Below the pieces are notes generated by a model. It saw only the letters and a program-made list of their open reading frames with translations, was not told where the DNA came from and did no database searches. A stretch of DNA of 64,000 bases from the human T2T-CHM13v2.0 reference genome, Homo sapiens: NCBI RefSeq assembly GCF_009914755.1, contig NC_060932.1; one strand, written 5' to 3'. Shown piece by piece: positions 1-11,778 of the stretch. The position numbers and the translations under genes were made by a program. The first letter of the stretch is position 1; every line of letters starts with the position of its first letter.

Positions 1-814
1 TAATCGATTCAACCTGACTCCAGTGCAATCCAGGTGAGGCTGAGACCTTTCCAAATGCAGGTGTGAAGGGAATCACCTGTGCTTGCTTCCCAGAGGAAAA
101 ACAGTCAAGAGGCTGGCCCACAGAGCTGTCCTTAGTGGACTCCCTGCCATCAAATGCTGCATGACCGATAAACCTCCCCCTGAAGCCATGGGTGACCAGA
201 CTCAATTGTCTAAAGTCAATTCAGCACCCTTGATAGACCTCTGTCATCACACCTGCCCCAGTCAGGCCCTCTACCCTCCTGCATCTCTCGCCCCAGCTCC
301 TCCCCATTTCCTGAGCAACAGGCCCTTTTCTCCTGTTTCTCTTTGAATGTGTCTTCCCCACATCTCACCTGAAATATTGCTATTTGTCTTCTGAGAAGCC
401 AGGCCACGTTTTCATGCCTTGGAGAGGGAGCCAAGGAAAAGGCTGGAGGGAAACCAAGCCACTTTGACCCACCTTGTCTGGACTCTCTCTCCCTCTTTCT
501 GGTGTTTTCAGTCACTATTCCTACCATCTCATTTAATTATCATGGTCTTCAAAACCTTCTGGCAAGCTATCATCTATTTATTGTTGAAAAGCGGGAAATG
601 AATTTCTCCCATGTCCCCTCTGGTTGTGCTTCTTCTTCAAGGTCTAGTTCAATTGTTCCTCTGATTTGAAGTCGACTTCCACTCTCTAAGGCAGAGGTAG
701 TTTTAGTTTCCTCCTCTGAGTCCACATAACTTTATAGAAAACTTTGTGATCATATATCACTCTCCTTCGCGGAGCTGAATTCCTTGGGGAGGTGAGTGGG
801 TGCAACAGAGAATA

Positions 815-1228
815 CAGTTGACCTTTAAAAAACATGAGGGTTAGGGGCATCAACCCCCCACAAAGTCAAAAATTCACATGTATCATTTGCCTCCCCAAAA
901 ACTTAAATAGCTTACTGTTGATTAGAAGCCTTACCAATAACATAAACAGTGGATTAACATATAATTTGTACATTGTATGTATTATATACTGTATTCTTAC
1001 AATAAAGTCAGTTAGAGAAAAGATAATGTTACTAAGAAAATCATACAGAAGAGAAAATATACTTGCTATTCATTGAGTGGAAGTGGATTATCATAAAGTT
1101 CTTCATGCTCATTATCTTATCTTGAGAAGGTGAAGGAAGAGGAGGGTCTCAGGGGTGGCAGAGGCAGAAGAAATCCACATATAAATTGACCCATGCAGTT
1201 CAAGCACATGTTGTTCAAGGATCAACTT
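815..1228. mobile_element. Tigger2a (MER28)-like non-autonomous TcMar DNA transposon, near full length
   Basis: Starts TA|CAGTTGACC and ends TGTTGTTCAAGGATCAACT (Tigger2-type terminal inverted repeats); interior resembles recalled Tigger2a consensus (GAAGCCTTACCAATAACATAAACAG, GTGGAAGTGGATTATCATAAAG). Confidence 0.88.
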
Positions 1229-1536
1229 CTGCATATCTCCACTACTTTCACATCTTGATTATGAGCAGAGGGTCTAATGTATAGTAGAAGAACTAATACA
1301 AGGACTAAAGGGGATGAACACTGTGTGATGAACATGATATTTGTTAATTGATTTTATCCTGATGTAGTATGTGAAAATCCATCAAGTATAAAAGACATAA
1401 TCATTTCATTTTCTGTTACTTCACCTGATTTATGACTGACTCCTTGTGCTTCTAGACTGGTGGAAAATTAGCCTGTCACCATCTGTCTTCTCCCCTCCTC
1501 CATCCCCAGGGTAGTGCCTAGCTGAAGAGCTTAGGT

Positions 1537-1620
1537 AAGAAAAAAAAGGAAGAGGGAAAGAGACAGAAAGAGAGAGAAAGAAGGAAGGAAGGAAGGAAAA
1601 AAAGAAAAGAAACAAACAGA
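1537..1620. repeat. GA-rich low-complexity tract including (GGAA)n
   Basis: Purine-rich run read directly from the sequence. Confidence 0.85.
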
Positions 1621-1704
1621 AGTCTTGGTCACACATTTCCTCTGAGACAGTGATATAAAAAAAATAAGATTTGAAGGAGCTGGAGATGAAAATGAGAATT
1701 AATT

Positions 1705-2373
1705 TGTAGGCAAAGCAACCCCAAAGTACAATAGCATAAATAGACATTTATCTCTCTCTCTCTCTCTCATAACACAATCCAAAAGTAGATAGGCCACCCA
1801 GCCACATGTACAGCTATGCGCCAAGAGGCCAATGATACCATTCTAAGCATGCAGCTTTCATCTCTAGGCCCAAGGCTGCTGGTTTAGCTGCACCATCTTC
1901 CAGCCAGCAGGGAGAGGGAAGCAGAATTCAGGAAAAGCATGGCTAAGTGGAAGTGGATCATCATAAAGGTGTTCATCCTTATCCTCTTGTTTGAGTAGGC
2001 TGAGGAGGAGGAGGAAAAGGAAGGTTGGTCTTGCTGTCTTAGGTGGCAGAGGCAGAAGAAAATCCAGATATAATTGACCTATATAGTTCAAACCCTTGTT
2101 GTTCAAGGGTCACCTATATATGCCAGGAGGGGTCAAAGCCCCTGACCTGGAGTTACACATACCCTAAACCTGATCTGGAGTTACACATACCATTTTTGCC
2201 CACTTCCCTGTGCCCTCATCTAAATATGGCCACACCTAGCTGCAAGAGAGGCTGGGATGTAGGGACAGGAGCCAGCCACCAACTGCCCAGCGAAAACCCA
2301 GGAGGAAGTGCAGTTCTGTTATTAAAAGGAGAAGGAGAGAATTAAAAGTGGGTCCCAGTCAGCAGTCTGCCAC
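1705..2373 (-). mobile_element. Old MaLR LTR (MLT1J/K-like), interrupted by a Tigger2a fragment
   Basis: ATGGCCACACCTAGCTGCAAGAGAGGCTGGGA and terminal CAGTCTGCCACA are typical of antisense MLT1J/K; left boundary approximate. Confidence 0.7.
1944..2116. mobile_element. Tigger2a one-ended fragment
   Basis: TAAGTGGAAGTGGATCATCATAAAGG ... TTGTTCAAGGGTCACCT followed by TA; homologous to ~1075-1228 but lacks the other end. Confidence 0.85.
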
Positions 2374-2439
2374 ATACAGAGAAAAATTAAAACAACATAA
2401 ATTAAAACCTCAAATTTCATCCATCCATGTTAGCAACAA

Positions 2440-2570
2440 AGTGATTCTTATTTTAATAAGTGAGGTTCAGAAACATGAATAATTTATCTAGGTTCATATA
2501 GGTAGTAAATAAGTAAATGGTGGAGTTACAACTCAGTTCTCTATCTATCTGACTTTAAAACCTATGCATT
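2440..2570 (-). mobile_element. MIR fragment
   Basis: Degenerate MIR core (TGAGGTTCAGA...AATTTATCTAGGTTCATATAG...TCTGACTTTAAAACCTATGC). Confidence 0.55.
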
Positions 2571-3559
2571 TCCCCTAAACTCCACTAGTTGCTGACACAT
2601 TTTATTCACACATGAGTGAATAAAATTTAAGTTCATCTTTCCATTTCCCTGGTTAACTGGCAGGTTTTATTTTTTCATATTAACCCATATAAAAAACTGT
2701 AATAATTTGGGCTCTGTTTTAACATCCTTTGTTCTCCACAATGATTTAATTTATTGTTGCAGTGATGTTTGAGATATCAATAAATTTTTAGGATATTGGA
2801 ACCTGGAAAACACTATTAGCTTCACCATTCTGTGTTAGGTAGAGATGTCATGAATTTGTGTCACTTTATACATGAAGTATCTTGTTGTTTGGTCACGGGT
2901 GATAGCTCAAATTGTGTTCAGATAGAAAAGGAAGGCAACAGATCAATATCAATAAAGCCTGTGCTCAACCATATGATACTTTTTTATATGCAAAAGACAT
3001 ACTGCCTGCAGCCCAGAGCAATTTAGAAATGCCTCTTGCTCACTGAAAACCAAGTAGCATCTTTGCACTGACTTTTAAGCTCTGGAGAATAGGAACATGT
3101 CTTTGTCTGCATAACTTACTGCACTACCTTTTGTCTCTGTGCCACTCTCCTTCTGCTGCCCCACCTGGCTTCTGTTGAATTGATTGTGTTCCTCTTCCCC
3201 TCTCAGCCTTTCTATATAGACATTCTTCTAATATTCTGCCCTGTAACTGTTCTCATGTGAGGTGTTCCCATTCACTCCCATTTCTACAATAATTTGGAAA
3301 AATAACCAAGTTTATACATCTGGTCATGACCCTTCTTGGTATATTATAATCATCTCTTGACATCCCTTCTTCAATTATTCAACCCAAATTCCCATTCCAT
3401 CCCGCAGCTTTCAAAAGTGGCCTCCTACACACCAGTTGCATGGTAGTTGATACTTCAAGGCAGCTCTTGAGAAGGAGAACTCTTGCAAACCATTTCCTCA
3501 AAGTGCTTCTTATTCACACTTGACCTAATGGTCTCTCCCCAGACCTCAGCACCCTCTGC

Positions 3560-3770
3560 CACCACCAGGCTGAACTAAGTACCCTGCTTCTGTGAGTGTG
3601 TATATCTACCTATATCTGTATCAGTGAACCTAGAGTATCTCACTGTGTGCATGTTTCTGTCTACCTGCTAAACTGTTAAGATTTTTAAGGCAGGGGTCAT
3701 GTTCTTGTCCCCAGCATCTGGCACAGTGCCTGAAACATAGTTGATGTGCAGGCAACTTTGAACTGAATTA
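3560..3770 (+). mobile_element. L2 3' end fragment
   Basis: AAGGCAGGGGTCATG...CCCCAGCATCTGGCACAGTGCCTGAAACATAG...GAACTGAAT resembles the L2 3' terminus. Confidence 0.65.
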
Positions 3771-5929
3771 ATCATATCCTTTTCTAACAATGAATTCTCA
3801 CAAGCCAGCCAATTAGAATACATTTATGAAATGCCCCAAATAGTAAAAGGATATATTTATTTAAAAAAATATAAAAACACAGATCAAATACATAAGAAGC
3901 TAAATGAAAGATATTAGACATCAAAGCTAACATTCAAGTACTAAACAACCTATATGTTCTAAGATATATAGTCCATGTGTTTTTAAAAAAATACATTTAC
4001 AGACATAATGCTGAAGGACTTTGTCACTTATATTGATGAATTACGGGACAGTTTAACTAGCATCTGAAGGAGTATCTGAACCTGACATGGCAGAGAGATA
4101 GGAAAGGCTCAAGAGCCAGAGAGAACATGATCAAGTGGAATGGGAGATTTCCAGGAATCATTTGAGCCTCATTATCCTACAGAGGACAATATGGAAAATA
4201 AACCTTATTTTCCCCACAAGGAGCATGAGCCTATAAGGAATATTAGTAGATTCCAGGGCACACAGGCAAGGGAATAGCCTCACATCTCTGGAAGTCCATT
4301 GCTAAAAAAAGAGAGAGAAAGAGCTTTTCATAAGTAAATTATCATTTCACAAGATAACATACTAACTTTATGGCCGTGACATTTTCCAAGATACATGTGA
4401 CTCATGTGACTCAGAAATGAAGAAATGATTGAGTTGCACATGGTGAGGAAAGCAACTCCAATATGAGAGACCGTCCTTATTTCCAGTGTTATACTCTGGT
4501 TTGTAGGAAAGGTAAGGTATTCTGGAAACCATCTGAAGAGGACTACTTGGCCCTGTCTTATAACAGATGACTTCACATGGTAATCAGACTGAGTCTTCAG
4601 CCAGCAGGGCCAAGCAGCCTGTCTATTTTAAGAATAAAGGCTTCAAACTTTCTGTGCTCACATCTACTTTAAAAAAAGAAACCTTCAAAACTAGTGTATT
4701 TGACTTTGCTTAACCTCAGACATTTGAGTGCACAGTAGATTTTTTATTCCTAGCCCATCAAGTGTTTGTTATTGGAACTTTCAACCCGTGCATTCATGGA
4801 CTCAGTCATTTATTCTTTCAACAATAATTTATTGAGCAACTTGTATATTCCTGTTTCTCTTCCCTCATAGATCCCTATCCTCATGAAACACTCAGTGTTT
4901 TTTCTGCCCTACAGCAACCTTTGTGGTCCTGGCATTGCAGCTGTTCTCACTTTTCTTTAAGTTGCAGGAGCATTTTAATCATTAAAGTGAATAAGAGTTA
5001 TTTTTTAAGCCCTGAAAAGCTAGACTTTCTCTGTCTTCACTGCAGTCCATCAGCCCAGGCACATGACCAATCCCTGGGTATTGGCTTAGGGACTCCTGGG
5101 ACAGCAGTAAGTGATGCAAGGAGCCTTCAGTGTACCTGGCACTGATATGTATGTTGTTTCCTGCCTAAAGGAGGATTTCTGGCCTTCTGATAAGCCAAAT
5201 TTGGCTTCATACCTTTTTCTTTCCAAATCTCAATACTAGAATTTCAGGGTTTCAATCATTCCCCTAGGTCTCCTTCATTATTTCTCATATATGGCTTAAG
5301 GAATGTGATGTGAATACCTTTCCTTCCTGCCTACCTTGATGTTTCAGATTTCCAGAGGTGGATTTTAATCTGATGAGATAATGTTCATAAAGTGCTTAAC
5401 ATCTAACAGGTAGTGATACTCAGTGAATGATATCTATTAGACCTAGACTATAATAATGATGACAAGTGTACAGATTAAACTCTGCACATAAACCTAGCTC
5501 TGTGTAGCAACAGCAAGATGACAATAATAATAATAATAATGTTATGGGTATAGCTGTGTTTATAAATCTGTACATGCTAAACTTTTAGTTATTATTTCTT
5601 CTTGAAATGTAAATAATTTTAAAATAATAAACCCTTTTATTCTGAAAGGTTTAAGTGCCAGAAGATTTTACCTATGAATGCAGCTCATATTCATTCATAT
5701 ATTCACTATTAAATAAATACTTGCCTCATTCCTGCTTCCCCTCAACTTAATCACATCTGAATCTTTTTTAGTCCCCCATAAGGTTTCAAAAGCTTTGTTC
5801 TTGTCCTGATTAGCATGTGTTTCTTCAGAGACACCACTTTGGAGTGGAAGTCAGCACCAGCATCTCCTTGGCAATCTTCTCTCCTGACAGTGTAATTTAA
5901 GGTTATGAGTACAAAGGGTCTGGTGGGAA

Positions 5930-6520
5930 CCCGTCTACAGCAGCCTTATCTCAGCTCCATCCCTGCCACATCAGCGTTTATCATCTTCCTGAGTCTCTGA
6001 GGGAGACAGACTGGAACTCAGGATTTGGATCACCTGTGACAAAGGAAATGCGAGGAGGTAACAAGGCACTGCAAGAAGGAAGCATAGACAAGATTCTGAA
6101 TCACTTTGTTCAAAATTGGATATAGAGTAAATAACAGTATTTTAAGATGTTTGCTAAAAATCAAGTAAATGCAAACAGAATAATTGATGAGATGCCATTA
6201 TCACTTTCAAAATGGCATCGATTAAAAAAATAAGCACTCAGAAGGTTGGTGAGTGGGCAACAGAAGGGACGTGTGCCCACCCCACAGCGGGATGTTGAGT
6301 TAGCCCCTGGCTTTAGAAGGCAGTTGGCAGGGAGCCGCAGAGGAGGCATGTGTGCAGAGCTACGTCTCGGATCTAGTCTGCGGGCATTACCAGAGATGTG
6401 TCCAGAGAGTTCTACAGAGAGCTGTCTGTTACATGAGGGAAACTATGATGTGAAGTTTTTAAAAGTCCAAAAATAAGAAGTGGATCAGATAAATAATGGC
6501 ACATCTGAGTCGTATAAACT
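5930..6520. promoter_or_regulatory. Candidate enhancer (FOX/GATA/ONECUT/SOX/homeodomain motif cluster in apparently unique sequence)
   Basis: GTAAATA 6127, TGTTTGC 6148, GCAAACA 6171, CTTTGTT 6104, TAATTG 6181, TTATCA 6198, ATCGAT 6217; 11 CpGs in ~580 bp. Motif-based inference only. Confidence 0.45.
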
Positions 6521-6619
6521 ATGAAATCACCAAAGTCTTGTTTAATAAAACTAATACCTGGGGGTAAAGCAACTTATAAGACAATAGGCCTATTTTTGTT
6601 GTATTCCTTTTTTCACTAT

Positions 6620-7305
6620 ATTTATTTTTTAGAGCAGTTTTATGTTCACAGCAAAATTGAAGAGCAAGTACAGAGGTTTCCCATATACCATCTACCCCTG
6701 CACATGCACAGCCTCCCCACTTATCAACATCCTCCAGAGGAATACATTTGTTACAGTTGACTAACCTGAATTGACACATCATTATCACCCAGAGTCCATA
6801 GTTTACCTTAGGTTCACTCTTCGTGGTGTACATTGTTCTGGTTTGGACAAATGTACAATGCCATGTATCCACCATTGTAGTATCTTACAGAATAGTCTCA
6901 CTGCCTAAAAATCCTCTGTGCTCTACCCATTCATCCTTCCCTCCCTTGAAAACCACTGATCTCTTTATAGTCTCCACAGTTTTGCCTTTTTCAGTATTTT
7001 ACAGGATGTAACCTTTTCAGATTGGCTTTCTTTAACTATTAATATGCATCTAAGTTTCCTCCCCATCTTTTCATCGGTTGCTTCCAAGTTTTAGCAATTA
7101 TGAATAGAGCTGCTATAAACATCTGTGTACAAGTTTTTGTGTGGACATAAGTTTTCAATTCATTTCGGTAAATACCAAGGAACTCAATTGCTGGGCCGTT
7201 GGTGAGAGTGTGCTTAGCCTTGTAAAAAACTACCAAACTATCTTCCAAAGTGGCTTTAACATTTTGCATTCCCACCAGCAATAAATGAGAGTTCCTGTTG
7301 CTCAA
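6620..7305 (-). mobile_element. L1MC1-like 3' end fragment
   Basis: TTTTTAGAGCAGTTTTATGTTCACAGCAAAATTGA...TTGACACATCATTATCACCCAGAGTCCATAGTTTAC resembles the antisense L1MC1 3'UTR; ORF 7039-7314 resembles the L1 ORF2 C-terminus (KTCTQMFIAALFIIAKTWKQP). Confidence 0.85.
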
Positions 7306-7364
7306 TATGTGCATTTTAATTGCAATTCTGTAAGGCTCTAGAGAGAAGTAGGCAAAGTCCAGGC

Positions 7365-7530
7365 CCTGCAGTCAAAAAACTTGAGTTCCAGACACAGCTC
7401 TGCCAAGGGACAACTGGAAGAGGAAGGTGACGGTCGGATCTCCCTGCATGGTAGCGATGAAGGATAACCTAGACAGTGCGTGCAAGTGCATTCACAGCAC
7501 CTGCCGCACACAATAAACACTAAATAAACA
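7365..7530 (+). mobile_element. MIR fragment
   Basis: Degenerate MIR ends (CTTGAGTTCC...GCTCTGCCA; CACAGCACCTGCCGCACACAATAAACACTAAATAAA). Confidence 0.55.
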
Positions 7531-7654
7531 CAACAGTAATTATTCTATGTGCGTGTGCATGCTCATTTAGGAAAAAGTAGTCAGTGGCTACTTTTGAAAA
7601 AACCAAATATCCAATATTCTGGTTCTTATTTTTCTTCTTTGAGTATTTTATAGC

Positions 7655-8955
<1,301 letters not shown>

Positions 8956-9169
8956 CATATTCTTTTTGTAGCGGGGGAAAATTACATATATATTTAATAA
9001 TCCTATATTAATATAATATGTATATTTAAATAATCCTACTGTGTGGTATAGCAGCTTAAATAAAGGGTCCATACCTTTCCCTGCTAACTGTCTCTGGTTC
9101 TCACATAATCTTTAGCTCACTGATTGCATCGCTGTTTTCTTTGCTGTCCTCTTTTCCCTGGTCTTGTTG

Positions 9170-9400
9170 CCTGTATAGTATCTCTACTTGGATGTCAAAC
9201 TTGCCAAGTTCAAAGCAGAATTCTTAAATTTTCCACAGAAGCCTGCTGCTCCAAGAGTCTCCCCATGTCAGTGAGGAACTGAGGACCCCTGTTAGAATCA
9301 GTCTGAGAGTTTTGATGTCTTTGATTCCAATCTGTCTCTCACTTCACATTCAACCCATCATCAGCTCCAGTTAACTGTGTCTTAGAAATGCCTCCCAATG
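9170..9400 (+). mobile_element. L2 fragment
   Basis: TCTCTACTTGGATGTC...AAGTTCAAAGCAGAATTCTT...CTCACTTCACATTCAACCCATCA resembles L2 interior. Confidence 0.55.
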
Positions 9401-9402
9401 TA

Positions 9403-9689
9403 GGCTGGGTGCCATGGCTCATGCTGGTAATCCCACCACTTTAGGAGGCTGAGGTGGGTGGATTACTTGAAGCCAGGAGTTCAAGACCAACTTGGGCAAC
9501 ATGGCAAAACCCTGTCTCTACTAAATAAATAAATAAATAAAATTAGCTGGGCGTGGTGGCGCATGCCTGTAATCCCAGCTATTCAGGAGGCTGAGGCACA
9601 AGAACCGCTTGAACCCAGGAGGCAGAGATTGCAGTGAGCCAAGATTGTGTCACTGAACTATAGCCTGGGTGACAGAGTGAGACTCTGTC
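9403..9689 (+). mobile_element. Alu (Sz/Jb-like) lacking its poly-A tail
   Basis: GGCTGGGTGCCATGGCTCATGC...GAGTGAGACTCTGTC followed directly by CTTCTCCCC; (TAAA)n in the middle linker. Confidence 0.95.
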
Positions 9690-10712
9690 CTTCTCCCCTT
9701 TCATAGCCTCTGCCTTTGTGTTTTTATTTAGGGATGGTGCCTACTTTGTTTTTTGCTGCATCCCTAACACCCAACACCATATCTTGTGTATACTGCTGAA
9801 TTGAAGAAATCACAAGGGTCTGAAAGAGGACTTAGAGCAAAGTTGGTATGGATAGGAATCTTCTGCTCCTCAGTGCCTCAGGGGCAGTGGACACAATCTG
9901 AGGGCAGCCACTAGGGAAGCATAGATAGCAAGGAGAGAGAGAGAAGAGCTTATCACAAGGCAGTATGATGTGGCTTCACCAGTGTATCACCAGCCAGAAC
10001 ATAATTTGGGGAAAGGGATTAAAGAACATCTTGGTCTCATCTATTTGTGATCACTTGTACCTACAGACAAATTGAATGTACTGATCAGCCATGTCAGCTG
10101 AGTGGCTTATAGAACAGAAAGTTTCCTCATTCTAAGCCCTTGAAAATCTCTCTTCTACTTACTAAGTATATAACTAATAGCATGCACGTTTTCCTTTGTT
10201 TTTCAATCTGGGATGGATAAAGCAGATTTCTCCAAAAACTATTGAGAGTCATGGGTATTCTGTAAGGTTTTGGGGTCTCAAAAAGAAAGACCCCATTAAA
10301 GTCTTTTTTTTTTTTTAGTTTACTTTGAGGGGCTTTGGATTCCATTTTCAGCTTCATCAATGACTCAGAGTCGTTCTTTGAATCAATCACTCAACCTTTT
10401 AGCCACAAAACTTCCTCATTTGTAACAGGAGAATAATGAGAGCTGCCACAGGTAAGCTCCCAGAGAGTCGTGGAGATCCCTCTTTATTCACTGTGCTCTG
10501 GATTTCTTCGAGGAAAATCCCTGGGGGCCGGCTGAGTACAGACCTGCAGAAAGAGAGATAAGATGTCTTAGTGTCTGCAGAAGTCATGACAAAGCCAAGC
10601 CAGGAGGAAAAGGGAAAGGCAAGTGTACTCCCTTAGGAAACCAGAGCTAAGGTAAACCATCCCAAGTATTGTTTCTTTTTCTTCTTCTTCCTCATGTTCC
10701 AATATTTTTAAG

Positions 10713-10807
10713 CCGAAGAGGAGAAATTAGGTTAACATGAATAGCAGGGGGAGTTCTGAAAGTGAAAATGCACCTCCAATTGTCAGATGAAGCCCAAGGT
10801 TCCAGTG
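10713..10807 (+). other. Possible 95-nt non-coding or 5'UTR-type exon
   Basis: Pyrimidine tract ending TTTTTAAG|, donor GTG|GTAAGT; stop codons in all three frames. Splice signals only. Confidence 0.25.
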
Positions 10808-10989
10808 GTAAGTGTGGGCAGGAAGACGGAGAAGCTATGAGCTGGAAAGTTTCCTATAATCATCTAGGAGAAGGCCCCTTTTTCCTGCCCCTTAAACTGC
10901 CTCCCAAATTGCCTGACCTCAGCTTTGCTATAGGACTTCTTAAAGGAATTATTTTAAATTATTTAATAGACTTTATATGACATTGGTTT

Positions 10990-11190
10990 TCAAAGTACTT
11001 GTATAAACATTAGCTCTTTTGATTTTTACAAATCCTTATTTTGAGCAAAACCATCGTCATCATCATTAATTTACCAATAAAGAAACTGAGTTTTAGAGGG
11101 ATTAAATGACTTATTTGAGCCCATATGACCAACAGGTGATATAGCCAATAGAAAGCTGGATCTTACAACTATGAGTCCTATATTCTCTTG
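10990..11190 (-). mobile_element. MIR
   Basis: ATAAAGAAACTGAGTTTTAGAGGGATTAAATGACTTATTTGAG matches the antisense MIR core. Confidence 0.7.
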
Positions 11191-11417
11191 ATACAAAAAA
11201 TGTTGCTAAACATGCAGGGAGATGGTGCTTGAACTCCCGAGTCACCTTCATGATCTCATTCCCTTTCTTGACATTTTCTGCCAGACTTAAGATCTGGTTT
11301 CTTCTGCAGTTCACAATTACAATCACAGTGCTTTATCCTTTCTCTTACGAGTTCCAGAGCCCTACTGGGCTACTCTTTCAGTAACCAGTACAGAACCACT
11401 TACATTATTAATTTTAA

Positions 11418-11778
<361 letters not shown>

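Noticed and set aside
4487-4511. 25-nt exon-like unit (TTTCCAG ... AAG|GTAAGG)
   Set aside because: Short pyrimidine tract, nearby upstream AGs and a frame-shifting length; much weaker than 27069-27083.
5930-6520. Naming this enhancer or the host gene as a specific known locus
   Set aside because: I could not match the sequence to any locus with confidence, so no gene symbol is given.
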